Origin: Moraxella nasovis
GTDB lineage: Bacteria > Pseudomonadota > Gammaproteobacteria > Pseudomonadales > Moraxellaceae
Assembly (NCBI RefSeq): GCF_022701215.1
Contig: NZ_CP089976.1
Span: 90,001-122,000 of the forward strand
Direction of reading: 5' to 3'
DNA: 32,000 nucleotides
In this document: piece after piece, positions 1 to 8,483 of the stretch
How positions within the stretch are numbered: the first letter of the stretch is position 1
Layout of the letters: the number at the start of each line of letters is the position of its first letter
The notes under the pieces: model-generated
What the model saw: only the letters and a program-made list of their open reading frames with translations
The model's database searches: none
What the model was told of the DNA's origin: nothing
Made by a program: the position numbers and the translations under genes

Positions 1-1
1 C

Positions 2-874
2 CGTCAGCTTGAAGAAATCATCAAAGCAGGACGCATTTCTATTAATGGTACCATTGCTAGCCTTGGTGATCGTGCCACTCCCCAAGATGAAGTGCGTGTG
101 GATGGGCGATTGGTTCGCCTAAAAGCGGAGCGTGAGAAACGCCGCCGTGTCATCGCCTACTATAAGCCAGAAGGCGAAATCTCATCAGCGTCCGACCCAG
201 AAGGTCGCCCAACCGTCTTTGACCGCCTGCCCAAGCTCACAGGCGACAGATGGGTGATGGTTGGTCGCCTTGACATCAACTCATCAGGACTGCTGTTGTT
301 TACCAACGATGGCGAGCTTGCTCATCGTCTTATGCACCCATCTAGCGAGATTACTCGTGAATATGCCGTGCGTGTGCTTGGTGAAGTTAGCCCCCAAATC
401 GCCAAAAATCTCACCCAAGGCGTAGAGCTTGAAGATGGCATGGCAAAATTTGACGACATCAAAGAAGGCGGTGGCACAGGCGTGAACAAATGGTATCACG
501 TTAGCATTAAAGAAGGTCGCAAGCGTGAAGTTCGCCGTATGTTTGAATCCCAAGAACTCAAAGTCTCACGCCTAATTCGTACTCGCTACGGCACAGTCAT
601 TCTGCCAAAAGAGCTACGCACAGGACGCTTTCTTGAACTTGATGCCAAAGAGATTGGCAAACTCATTGAGACAGTCGGACTAAGGCCACGTCAAGGTACA
701 GGACTTAACACCACCACCAAAGAAAAACAAGCTCGTATCCACAAAAAACCGCTCAAATCCCGTGAAGTTCGCCGTCAAAAACACGAACGGCACGAACGTG
801 AAGAAAAACTCAAAAACCGTATGGGACAAAAACGCACGTCTAATTTTAAAAACGCACGTTTTACCAAAGTATGA
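2..874 (+). CDS. rluB: 23S rRNA pseudouridine synthase RluB (5' end lies outside the window)
   Basis: The frame is open from nt 2. The upstream part reads RQLEEIIKAGRISINGT, an S4 RNA-binding domain, so the GTG at 92 is internal. Catalytic GRLDINSSGLLLFTNDG motif and a Lys/Arg-rich C-terminal tail are typical of RluB. Confidence 0.85.
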   Translation, partial: RQLEEIIKAGRISINGTIASLGDRATPQDEVRVDGRLVRLKAEREKRRRVIAYYKPEGEISSASDPEGRPTVFDRLPKLTGDRWVMVGRLDINSSGLLLFTNDGELAHRLMHPSSEITREYAVRVLGEVSPQIAKNLTQGVELEDGMAKFDDIKEGGGTGVNKWYHVSIKEGRKREVRRMFESQELKVSRLIRTRYGTVILPKELRTGRFLELDAKEIGKLIETVGLRPRQGTGLNTTTKEKQARIHKKPLKSREVRRQKHERHEREEKLKNRMGQKRTSNFKNARFTKV

Positions 875-904
875 TTAAAAAAATATGATTAAAAATGATA
901 ACAA

Positions 905-928
905 ACACCCAAATTTTGGGTGTTTTTT
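905..928 (+). terminator. Rho-independent terminator after rluB
   Basis: Inverted repeat ACACCCAAA/TTTGGGTGT followed by a T-run, about 30 nt after the rluB stop. Confidence 0.75.
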
Positions 929-1028
929 GTTTGGGTGGTCATGATGGATTTATAACCTTTTTTTGATAAGAGCGTTTTATTGTACAATAAAGACAATCGC
1001 CATAATCTCATTGAACATCACTTATCTC

Positions 1029-1778
1029 CTAAGTCAAATGTATACATCTCACCACAGCCACACTCACATTATCTAGCTCGGCAATAGTCCGCTTTTTTAA
1101 TGCGGTAAAAATCTGAATTAGCCAATCTTTTAATGACATATTGGTTGGTAATGGCGGAAAATCATCAAACTCACCACAAAGACCATCACTACACAATAGT
1201 AATACTTCATTCTCTTTTAATTTTAATGACATTGAGCTTGCCAAATGTGTCTCATCATCACCTGTCAAATTATCCACACAAAAATATCCCATTAATCCAC
1301 CATAAAAACTGGCATATTCTTGATTAGAATCAACAGCATATGTTTTGGCAAGTTCATTAAAAACGGTATGGTCTTTGGTGAGACATCGCCACGCCTGCCC
1401 ATCATAATGATAAGCTCGACTATCACCCAGATGCTTGATGGTCAAACCATCGCCATCGCCATAAGCACATACCAATGTGCTACCACCGTCATCGCATACG
1501 CCCGCCAGCTTGTCATTTAATTCATTTTGCAACTTGGCAAAATCTACCATACCGTGTGCCTTATAGGCAGTTTTAAGCAAAGTAAGTAAAGTGCGAGCGG
1601 TGCGTGCCGAATGCGGACTTGTGGATACGCCGTCCGCTATCGCCACACAGCATTGGCTCGTGATGATTTGGCGACTGATTACGCCTTGATGTTGATACAC
1701 TTTGGGATAAATCAACAAAGCATCTTGTTGATACGCCCTGCCACCACGCCAAGTAAAGCCTTGAATTTGGTAACTCAT
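1029..1778 (-). CDS. PP2C-family Ser/Thr protein phosphatase
   Basis: PP2C motifs appear in order: RAYQQDA, VAIADGV, GSTLV, LGDSRAY, KDH, LLLCSDGL, DNVSVAVV. Preferred start is the ATG at 1778 (MSYQIQG), preceded by GGAG; the ORF-track start at 1814 looks over-extended. Confidence 0.8.
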   Translation of the reverse strand: MSYQIQGFTWRGGRAYQQDALLIYPKVYQHQGVISRQIITSQCCVAIADGVSTSPHSARTARTLLTLLKTAYKAHGMVDFAKLQNELNDKLAGVCDDGGSTLVCAYGDGDGLTIKHLGDSRAYHYDGQAWRCLTKDHTVFNELAKTYAVDSNQEYASFYGGLMGYFCVDNLTGDDETHLASSMSLKLKENEVLLLCSDGLCGEFDDFPPLPTNMSLKDWLIQIFTALKKRTIAELDNVSVAVVRCIHLT

Positions 1779-1860
1779 CGTTACTCCAAATAACAACCCA
1801 TCAAAAACGAACAATTTTTGATGGGCAAATGATCATACTCTATTGATTTATCGCTTTAAT

Positions 1861-2556
1861 TTAAAATCCACGTTTGGTTTTATATTCACGCAAAATCTCA
1901 CCAATTCTAGGGGCAAATTTAGCAATATATTCATCGGACAATCCCACTGAACCGCTCGGATGTGGTAGTGTTACCGTTCTACAATGTTCAAAATCTTGGA
2001 AAATCACTCGAAATTTCGCACCAGAAGTTTCAGCGGTTTCCACCACTCGCTCGCCAAGCTGTTTACCCAGCACCGCTTCAATTTTTGGCAAATTTTCCGC
2101 ACGATTGATAAAATCGGAATTTTTACTGCCCATAAACAATATCACGCTTGGCTCTAACGCCTGTAAAAATTCCACAAATCCATCGATACCCGCCGCAATT
2201 TCTTCATAATCTTCCACTCGATTGGCTTGGGTGTTTGAAAGATTGGTTTGCATAATGCTTTTTGTAAAATCATCACCCAAACCATCTCGGTCCATGCGAT
2301 GACCCCAAAGCTCAAACCATTTGATAATACGATTGTCATAAGGGACTTTTAGAGCTTTCTCGCCCAAAAATGGTGTTTTATTGGCAAAAGTAAATTGCAA
2401 ATCTTTTGGATTGGCTTGTACTTCGTCTGTAGCTGCCTGCTGTTCGTACTTTGCATCCGCTTTCGACTCGCCATATTCATAACCACAAATTACAAGTCCG
2501 TGTTTGTCATTTAAACCTTTAAAAAGGCTATTACCTAGATTTAAATTTTCGTGCAT
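1861..2556 (-). CDS. Hypothetical protein, possibly uracil-DNA-glycosylase-superfamily fold (divergent)
   Basis: ATG at 2556 is preceded by AGGAG (plus-strand ctcct, 2564-2568). Motif order resembles the UDG fold: GLVICGYEYGES (motif-A position, non-canonical), IMQTNLSN, PSVILFMGSKN, TLPHPSGSVGLS (compare Mug/SMUG motif B, PNPSGLS/HPSPRN). It lies 82 bp upstream of the PP2C gene on the same strand. The fold call comes from motif memory only. Confidence 0.4.
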   Translation of the reverse strand: MHENLNLGNSLFKGLNDKHGLVICGYEYGESKADAKYEQQAATDEVQANPKDLQFTFANKTPFLGEKALKVPYDNRIIKWFELWGHRMDRDGLGDDFTKSIMQTNLSNTQANRVEDYEEIAAGIDGFVEFLQALEPSVILFMGSKNSDFINRAENLPKIEAVLGKQLGERVVETAETSGAKFRVIFQDFEHCRTVTLPHPSGSVGLSDEYIAKFAPRIGEILREYKTKRGF

Positions 2557-2610
2557 AATTTTTCTCCTAATCAATTCTCACACAAAAAGACCAAAGCCCA
2601 CGTCATCGTG

Positions 2611-2619
2611 ATTATATCA
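2611..2619 (-). promoter_or_regulatory. Extended -10 (TGaTATAAT) for the UDG-like/PP2C cassette
   Basis: The minus strand reads TGATATAAT, 55 nt upstream of the ATG at 2556. A T9 run (plus-strand A9, 2619-2627) lies immediately upstream in the spacer. No good -35 was found. Confidence 0.45.
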
Positions 2620-2673
2620 AAAAAAAACGGTTCAACAAACCCAAAATACAACTTACCCAAGCCTTTTTAATAT

Positions 2674-2710
2674 TTTAAATCCACCCCAAATTTTGCTATA
2701 ATGGGGGGGG
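2674..2710 (+). promoter_or_regulatory. Orphan rightward promoter (TTTAAA-17 bp-TGcTATAAT) followed directly by a G8 tract
   Basis: TG at 2694-2695, TATAAT at 2697-2702, G8 at 2703-2710. There is no convincing ORF downstream for about 300 nt. Confidence 0.4.
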
Positions 2711-2785
2711 TACAAAACCTGATAACAATTTTTACAAATTAGAAATGTTTAAGCAATAAAGTGGGTTTTTTGCGTCAAAAGCTCG

Positions 2786-2806
2786 TTTGATAGAATGATT
2801 ATCAAA
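2786..2806. promoter_or_regulatory. Operator-like inverted repeat TTTGATA-N7-TATCAAA (Fur-box-like core GATAGAATGATTATC)
   Basis: Perfect 7-bp arms are seen directly. The resemblance to the Fur consensus GATAATGATAATCATTATC is partial. Confidence 0.3.
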
Positions 2807-3171
2807 TTTCACTTTTTCCTTGAAAAACATACGATTTGCCCTATTTTTCATTGCAAATATAAAAGTTCAACACGCCCCAGCCAAAAAAACAGCCAAATGA
2901 TTATAAGCAAAAGCCTAACCAACCTAAAACCACGCCACTACAAAGACAATTATCCATCGCCAAAACTTCCCTAAACATCGGTAAAAATTGGGCAAAAAGT
3001 GGCGTGTCTAGTCTATTTTTATCCAAAGAAGCGCGACAAATCCAAAAACACTCTTTATTACAAGAACAAGCCAATTATTTAATCGCAGAATTGGGCAAGC
3101 CCAAAGGCTCAGTGGTCAAAGTCGAGCAGATGCTTGCGTTATATGGCGAGCATTTTTTACCAAAAGAAGTC

Positions 3172-3600
3172 TTAAACGCCCTGCACACGCTCTAACAGCT
3201 TTTTGGCAAAACCTTTATCAAATTTATAACTTTTTAGATAACGATAAACCTGTGCAATTTGGCTATCACCATTCACATCTTGACCGCCAAAAATCTGCTG
3301 TAATTCATGGCTTAAATCCGCTCGATGCTCAAATTCAAGTTTTAGGTTAAATTCATGCTTTAACACCGATAATAGCAAAAACAATGTCGTCAGTCGCTGT
3401 TGTTCGTCAATGACTTCAAATTCATTATCTTTATCTTTACGCTGTTTTACGGTCAAATTACCGATATGGTAATTCTTGCTTGTATCATCGTTGCTTTTAT
3501 GCTTGGGGCGGATTTTTTTTTGACGCTTAAATAATTTCTCTGCTTTTTTTACTTGACAAAATCACCAAATTCTGTACCCAAATACCCCCAAAATCATGTT
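3172..3600 (-). pseudogene. Remnant of a DUF262 (ParB-like nuclease / GmrSD-type) gene
   Basis: The signature VIDEQQRLTTLFLLL (DUF262 DGQQRLTT motif) is present. The frame is open upstream to an in-frame TGA at 3562-3564 (…YRIW*FCQVKKAEKLFKRQKKIRP…), passes through an A9 run, and stops about 95 aa after the motif. Full-length DUF262 proteins are several hundred aa longer. Confidence 0.6.
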
Positions 3601-3718
3601 ACAAAAAAGTTTTAAAAGGTGGAACTTGCGTCAAGCCTTATCATATCTAGCCTAGGGAATTTTCTTAAAAAATGAATCACACCCCCATTAAAAATACAAG
3701 TAGATTTTGTAGAAATTT

Positions 3719-3764
3719 TAGGCTATATTGTGCCAAAATTTAGCAAAAGCACTATATCTTGTGA
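3719..3764 (+). promoter_or_regulatory. Putative tandem NrdR boxes upstream of nrdA
   Basis: Box 3749-3764 (gcaCtAtATcTtgtga) matches the published NrdR palindrome acaCwAtATaTwgtgt at 13 of 16 positions. A weaker box at about 3719-3734 (ggCTATATTGTGcc) lies about 30 bp upstream, roughly three helical turns. Confidence 0.45.
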
Positions 3765-3849
3765 TGATAATACAGTTTAGCCTATGATGGTAACTGCTTG
3801 AAATGTAATAAGTTTTGGTGCGATTTAAGATTTGGCTGAGAACTGATGG

Positions 3850-6135
3850 GTGAATGTGATGACCAATACAGATAAAATTAAAGTAACCAAGCGTGATGGT
3901 AGAGCAGAAGAGATTAACCTTGATAAAATCCATAAGGTGATCACATGGGCTGCCCAAGGTCTGGATAATGTATCTGTATCTCAAGTTGAGCTTAGATCGC
4001 ACATTCAGTTTTATGAAGGTATCGCAACCAAAGATATTCATGAAACCATCATTAAAGCGGCAGCTGATCTAATTTCAGTAGACACGCCTGATTATCAGTA
4101 TTTAGCTGCACGTCTAGCTATTTTTCATTTGCGTAAGATTGCTTATGGTCAGTACGAGCCGCCCCACCTACTAGACCATGTCAAAAAGCTGACAAAGGCG
4201 GGCAAGTACGATGAGCATATTCTTACTGATTACACCCAAGATGAGTTTGATGAGCTTGGTGCATACATTGACCACAGCCGTGATTTAAATCTTGCTTATG
4301 CAGCTGTTGAGCAAATGATGGGGAAATATCTCGTCCAAGACCGTGTTACCAAAACTGTCTTTGAAAGCCCACAGTTTTTATACATGCTTGTTGGCATGTG
4401 CTTATTTGCAAACTATGATAAAAACACTCGCTTAGATTATGTAAAGCGTTTTTATGATGCGACATCTAACTTTTACATCTCATTACCCACTCCCATCATG
4501 TCAGGCGTACGCACTCCGACTCGTCAGTTTAGCTCATGCGTGCTGATTGAGTGTGGAGATAGCCTAGATAGCATTAATGCGACCACCTCCGCCATCGTGC
4601 GTTATGTGTCTCAAAGAGCAGGTATTGGGGTCAATGCTGGTGCAATCCGTGCATTAGGCAGCCCTATTCGTGGCGGCGAAGCACAGCACACAGGCTGCAT
4701 TCCGTTTTTTAAGATGTTTCAAGCTGCCGTCAAATCCTGCTCGCAAGGCGGTGTGCGTGGCGGTGCTGCAACCTTATTTTATCCAATGTGGCATTTAGAA
4801 GTTGAAAACCTACTCGTGCTTAAAAATAACCGTGGTGTGGAAGATAACCGTGTTCGTCATATGGATTATGGCGTACAGATTAATAAGACCATGTACCAAC
4901 GCTTAATTAAAAACGAAAATATCACCCTATTTTCGCCATCGGACGTGCCAGGCTTATATGATGCGTTTTTTGCCAACCAAGATGAATTTGAACGCTTGTA
5001 CACGCTTTATGAAAATGACAAAAACGTCCGTAAGCGTCAAGTAAATGCCAGAGAGCTGTTTAGCTCAATGCTACAAGAGCGTGCCAGCACAGGGCGTATC
5101 TATATTCAGAACGTGGATCACTGCAATACACACAGCCCATTTGACCCAAGTGTCGCCCCTGTTCGTCAGTCAAACTTATGTATGGAAATTGCCCTACCAA
5201 CTAAGCCGCTTGACAATATCAATGATGTAAATGGTGAAATCGCCCTATGCACGTTGTCTGCGATAAACTTAGGCAAGATTCAAAGTCTAGATGATATAAA
5301 AGAGCCAGCAGAGCTGATTGTGCGTGCCTTAGATGCCCTGCTTGATTATCAAGACTACCCTGTACTTGCCGCCAAAAACAGTAGTCTTAACCGCCGTACA
5401 CTTGGCGTGGGTGTGATTAATTTTGCCTATTATCTTGCCAAAAATGGCACGCGTTATTCAGATACTGCCGCCTTAGGTTTAACGCATCGCACTTTTGAGG
5501 CTTTACAGTACCACCTACTTTGTGCATCTGTAAAGCTTGCCAAAGAACGTGGCAAATGCCCACTGTTTCATGAGACCACATACAGTCAAGGTATCTTGCC
5601 TATTGATACCTATAAATCTGACTTAGATACCATCTGCCATGAGCCTTTACATCTTGATTGGGAGCATTTGCGTTCTGAGATTATCACGCATGGACTGCGC
5701 AACTCAACACTATCTGCATTAATGCCGTCTGAGACATCAAGTCAGATTGCCAATGCAACCAATGGTATTGAACCGCCGCGGGGCCTAGTGTCTGTTAAGC
5801 AATCTAAAGATGGCATTTTAAAGCAAGTTGTTCCTGATATTGAAAAACTGGCAAGCTCTTATGAGTTACTTTGGCAAATGCCTGACAACAGCGGTTATCT
5901 TAGATTAGTTGGTATTATGCAAAAATTCATTGATCAAAGCATCTCTGCTAATACAAACTATGACCCATCTAAGTTTGAAGGCGGTCGAGTGCCAATGAAA
6001 GTAATGATAAGCGACTTACTCACCGCTTATAAATTGGGTATAAAAACCCTATACTACCATAACACTCGTGATGGAGCAGACGATTCTCATGAAGATTTAG
6101 ATGATGGTTGTGCAGGTGGTGCTTGCAAGTTGTAA
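3850..6135 (+). CDS. nrdA: Ribonucleoside-diphosphate reductase alpha subunit, class Ia
   Basis: The N-terminal ATP-cone (VTKRDGRAEEINLDKIHKVITWAAQGL) closely parallels E. coli NrdA. Also present are the active-site region NLCMEI and the C-terminal CxxxxC tail (CAGGACKL). The start may be GTG 3850 or ATG 3859. Confidence 0.95.
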   Translation: MNVMTNTDKIKVTKRDGRAEEINLDKIHKVITWAAQGLDNVSVSQVELRSHIQFYEGIATKDIHETIIKAAADLISVDTPDYQYLAARLAIFHLRKIAYGQYEPPHLLDHVKKLTKAGKYDEHILTDYTQDEFDELGAYIDHSRDLNLAYAAVEQMMGKYLVQDRVTKTVFESPQFLYMLVGMCLFANYDKNTRLDYVKRFYDATSNFYISLPTPIMSGVRTPTRQFSSCVLIECGDSLDSINATTSAIVRYVSQRAGIGVNAGAIRALGSPIRGGEAQHTGCIPFFKMFQAAVKSCSQGGVRGGAATLFYPMWHLEVENLLVLKNNRGVEDNRVRHMDYGVQINKTMYQRLIKNENITLFSPSDVPGLYDAFFANQDEFERLYTLYENDKNVRKRQVNARELFSSMLQERASTGRIYIQNVDHCNTHSPFDPSVAPVRQSNLCMEIALPTKPLDNINDVNGEIALCTLSAINLGKIQSLDDIKEPAELIVRALDALLDYQDYPVLAAKNSSLNRRTLGVGVINFAYYLAKNGTRYSDTAALGLTHRTFEALQYHLLCASVKLAKERGKCPLFHETTYSQGILPIDTYKSDLDTICHEPLHLDWEHLRSEIITHGLRNSTLSALMPSETSSQIANATNGIEPPRGLVSVKQSKDGILKQVVPDIEKLASSYELLWQMPDNSGYLRLVGIMQKFIDQSISANTNYDPSKFEGGRVPMKVMISDLLTAYKLGIKTLYYHNTRDGADDSHEDLDDGCAGGACKL

Positions 6136-6204
6136 GCATTTAGCATTGTTGAGTAAAACATTTATTGTTATAATAACTTTTTTATTTCATATTAGGAAAA
6201 CAAC

Positions 6205-6537
6205 ATGAACATTCAAGCACTGATGCAACAAGCCCAAGCTATGCAAAAACAAGTTGAAAAAAACGTCGAATCTGCCAAAGCAAGCTTAGCCACCAAAGAA
6301 GTTCACAGCGAATCAGGTAATGGGCTTGTCAAGGTTACCATGACAGGTCGCCATGTGGTTAAAAGAATCAGCATTGACCCAAGCCTTATGGAAGATGAGC
6401 CTGATATGATTGAAGATTTGGTTGCAGCTGCCATCAATGACGCTGTTCGCCAAGCTGATGAGCTTTATGAATCTGTTATGGCAAATGCCACAGGCAGCAT
6501 GGGTTTGCCAAAGGGTATGCAAGGCTTATTTGGCTAA
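6205..6537 (+). CDS. ybaB: Nucleoid-associated protein YbaB/EbfC
   Basis: 110 aa with an [10 protein letters not shown] start and the [11 protein letters not shown] core. It sits immediately upstream of recR, the conserved arrangement. Confidence 0.9.
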   Translation: MNIQALMQQAQAMQKQVEKNVESAKASLATKEVHSESGNGLVKVTMTGRHVVKRISIDPSLMEDEPDMIEDLVAAAINDAVRQADELYESVMANATGSMGLPKGMQGLFG

Positions 6538-6543
6538 TCATTC

Positions 6544-7137
6544 ATGCTAACCCCAAAATTTGATCAGCTGGTTAAACAGCTGCAAATCCTACCAAGCGTT
6601 GGGCAAAAATCAGCCCAACGCATGGCACTATCTTTACTCACCAAAAAACGTGAGCAAGGTGTAATACTCGCCCATGCCTTACAAGTTGCTATGAGCGAAA
6701 TCAAAGAATGTCAAACTTGCCATTCGTTTAGTGATGATGATATCTGCCCAATTTGCAGTGATACTCGGCGTAATGATGAGCAGCTTTGTGTTGTAGAAAG
6801 TGCCGCTGACGTCATGGCAATCGAACAAAGTGGTGCTTATCGTGGTCGTTATTTTGTCTTGGGCGGTCATCTATCGCCTTTAGATGGTATTAATGCAGAA
6901 GATTTGCACATTGATGAGCTGATAACTCGGCTAAAAAATACTGCCATCAGTGAGTTAATTTTAGCGACAGGGGCAACTGTTGAAGGTCAAACAACTGCCT
7001 TTTTTATCAGCGATATTGCACGCACTCACGTCCAAAAAATCACTCGCTTAGCCCAAGGCATACCTATGGGGGGTGAGCTTGAGTATGTGGATAGTCTAAC
7101 GCTACACCAAGCCCTACAAAACCGTGCCTTCATCTAA
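6544..7137 (+). CDS. recR: Recombination protein RecR
   Basis: [13 protein letters not shown] helix-hairpin-helix, C4 zinc finger [16 protein letters not shown], and a Toprim domain. Confidence 0.95.
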   Translation: MLTPKFDQLVKQLQILPSVGQKSAQRMALSLLTKKREQGVILAHALQVAMSEIKECQTCHSFSDDDICPICSDTRRNDEQLCVVESAADVMAIEQSGAYRGRYFVLGGHLSPLDGINAEDLHIDELITRLKNTAISELILATGATVEGQTTAFFISDIARTHVQKITRLAQGIPMGGELEYVDSLTLHQALQNRAFI

Positions 7138-7154
7138 TATCTAAGACACTAGCC

Positions 7155-8402
7155 ATGCACCACCAAAATTTTGCAACCCCCCAACAAAGTCGCTTTGATT
7201 TCCCAAAGGCAACCTTAGCTGATCATCACGCCTTAAAAGAGTTGCCTGTAAAATGGGTTAAAACTGCCGATGAGCTATACCAACTGATCGATGAAATCGA
7301 TGGTGTTGATGTTATCGCCTTAGATACTGAATTTATCAAACGCACTACTTATTATCCCATTTTAGCCCTAATCCAAGTTAATACAGGTAGTGCCATTTAT
7401 CTTATTGACGCACCCAAGCTTGATTTGCGTGAGTTTTGGGAAGCTTTAATAGAAGTGCCGACCATGGTATGGTATGCCTGTGGGGAAGATTTAGGCATCT
7501 TTTATCTATTAGCAGACTGCCCGCCACTAACGAATGTCTTTGATGTACAAATTGGCATCTCTTATCTGACAGGTAAACTGCAAGTTGGCTATGCTCAAGC
7601 GATTAATGAAGTGCTGGGTATCGATTTGGATAAGGCACAAAGCCAGTCTGATTGGCTCGTGCGTCCGCTTACTAAAGAGCAAGAGCAATATGCTGCCAAC
7701 GATGTACGTTATTTATTAGCACTGTATGGTGAAGTAAAAAAACACCTAAAACTAACCCAAGTGCTAGATTATGTCATAGAAGATAGCAATCTATACGCCC
7801 ATGAGTTACATCAAACTGCTAACATAAAAGATAGCGATTTATACCTAGAATTTAGCGTGCCGACATACACGCCGCACCAGATTGGAGCTTTACAGCTACT
7901 TGTGGCTTGGCGAGAGTCGTTAGCACGTTCAATCAATGAGCCAAGAACCTTTATCATTGGCAGACAGCCTTTGCGTGAGATTATTGACACCATGCCAAAA
8001 ACCATCAAGGCACTGGCACGCACCACCATTAATCGAGCATCCTTGCGTAAATATGGCGACGAAATCATTCGCATCATTAAGACAGCAAGCACCTTGCCTG
8101 TTGATAGCCTACCCATCATGCCACCGCCAACTTACCGCAGTAAAGAAAAAACCTTCAAAAAACCGTTAGACCAAGCCATTGAAGCATACAGCCAAGCCAT
8201 CAATGTACCGCCTAATCTGATACTTAAAGGACGCTGGATTAACGAGCTATTAAACTTAGTCGCTTTTGACCTGCCAAAAGAACAGCTATCCAAGGGCTTA
8301 CAAGGCTATCGCCATGCTTGGGTGGTTGATGTGGTAATCCCACTCTTACAAGAGCATAAGGCTCAAATCATCTCAGGTTTTGAGTGTGGGACGATAAGTT
8401 AA
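7155..8402 (+). CDS. rnd: Ribonuclease D
   Basis: DEDD 3'-5' exonuclease motifs (ALDTEF, YAANDVRYL) followed by an HRDC-like region. 415 aa. Confidence 0.8.
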   Translation: MHHQNFATPQQSRFDFPKATLADHHALKELPVKWVKTADELYQLIDEIDGVDVIALDTEFIKRTTYYPILALIQVNTGSAIYLIDAPKLDLREFWEALIEVPTMVWYACGEDLGIFYLLADCPPLTNVFDVQIGISYLTGKLQVGYAQAINEVLGIDLDKAQSQSDWLVRPLTKEQEQYAANDVRYLLALYGEVKKHLKLTQVLDYVIEDSNLYAHELHQTANIKDSDLYLEFSVPTYTPHQIGALQLLVAWRESLARSINEPRTFIIGRQPLREIIDTMPKTIKALARTTINRASLRKYGDEIIRIIKTASTLPVDSLPIMPPPTYRSKEKTFKKPLDQAIEAYSQAINVPPNLILKGRWINELLNLVAFDLPKEQLSKGLQGYRHAWVVDVVIPLLQEHKAQIISGFECGTIS

Positions 8403-8483
8403 GTAAAATCAGGAAAGCATGGGATTATTATTGAGATGGCATGGCCCTATGTGTTATATTAGCAATTTTTACGCCCTATCTCC

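Noticed and set aside
284-553. Antisense or out-of-frame ORFs of 60-116 aa inside rluB, PP2C, nrdA, xseA, efe genes, purA, corA, truC, holB, kdsB, msbA and others
   Set aside because: Each is fully embedded in a longer ORF with clear homology-type motifs. They are typical shadow ORFs with no independent evidence.
977-990. Perfect 14-bp palindrome TTATTGTACAATAA between convergent rluB and the PP2C gene
   Set aside because: It is AT-rich and loopless, so it is a poor terminator hairpin. It could be a protein-binding site, but nothing else supports a function.
3004-3195. 63-aa ORF (GTG start) converging on, and overlapping, the DUF262 remnant
   Set aside because: There is no RBS and no recognisable domain, and it sits in decayed DNA. 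It may be a relic of another lost gene, but I cannot support it as a CDS.
930-3700. Looked for integrase or transposase genes, tRNA attachment sites or flanking direct repeats that would define the accessory pocket as a mobile element
   Set aside because: I recognised none, so the pocket is described as a variable locus or hotspot rather than a mobile element.
3718-4041. 107-aa minus-strand ORF overlapping the nrdA start and promoter
   Set aside because: It is a shadow ORF opposite the highly conserved nrdA N-terminus and the NrdR-box region. Its composition is low-complexity and Ile/Asn/Phe-rich.
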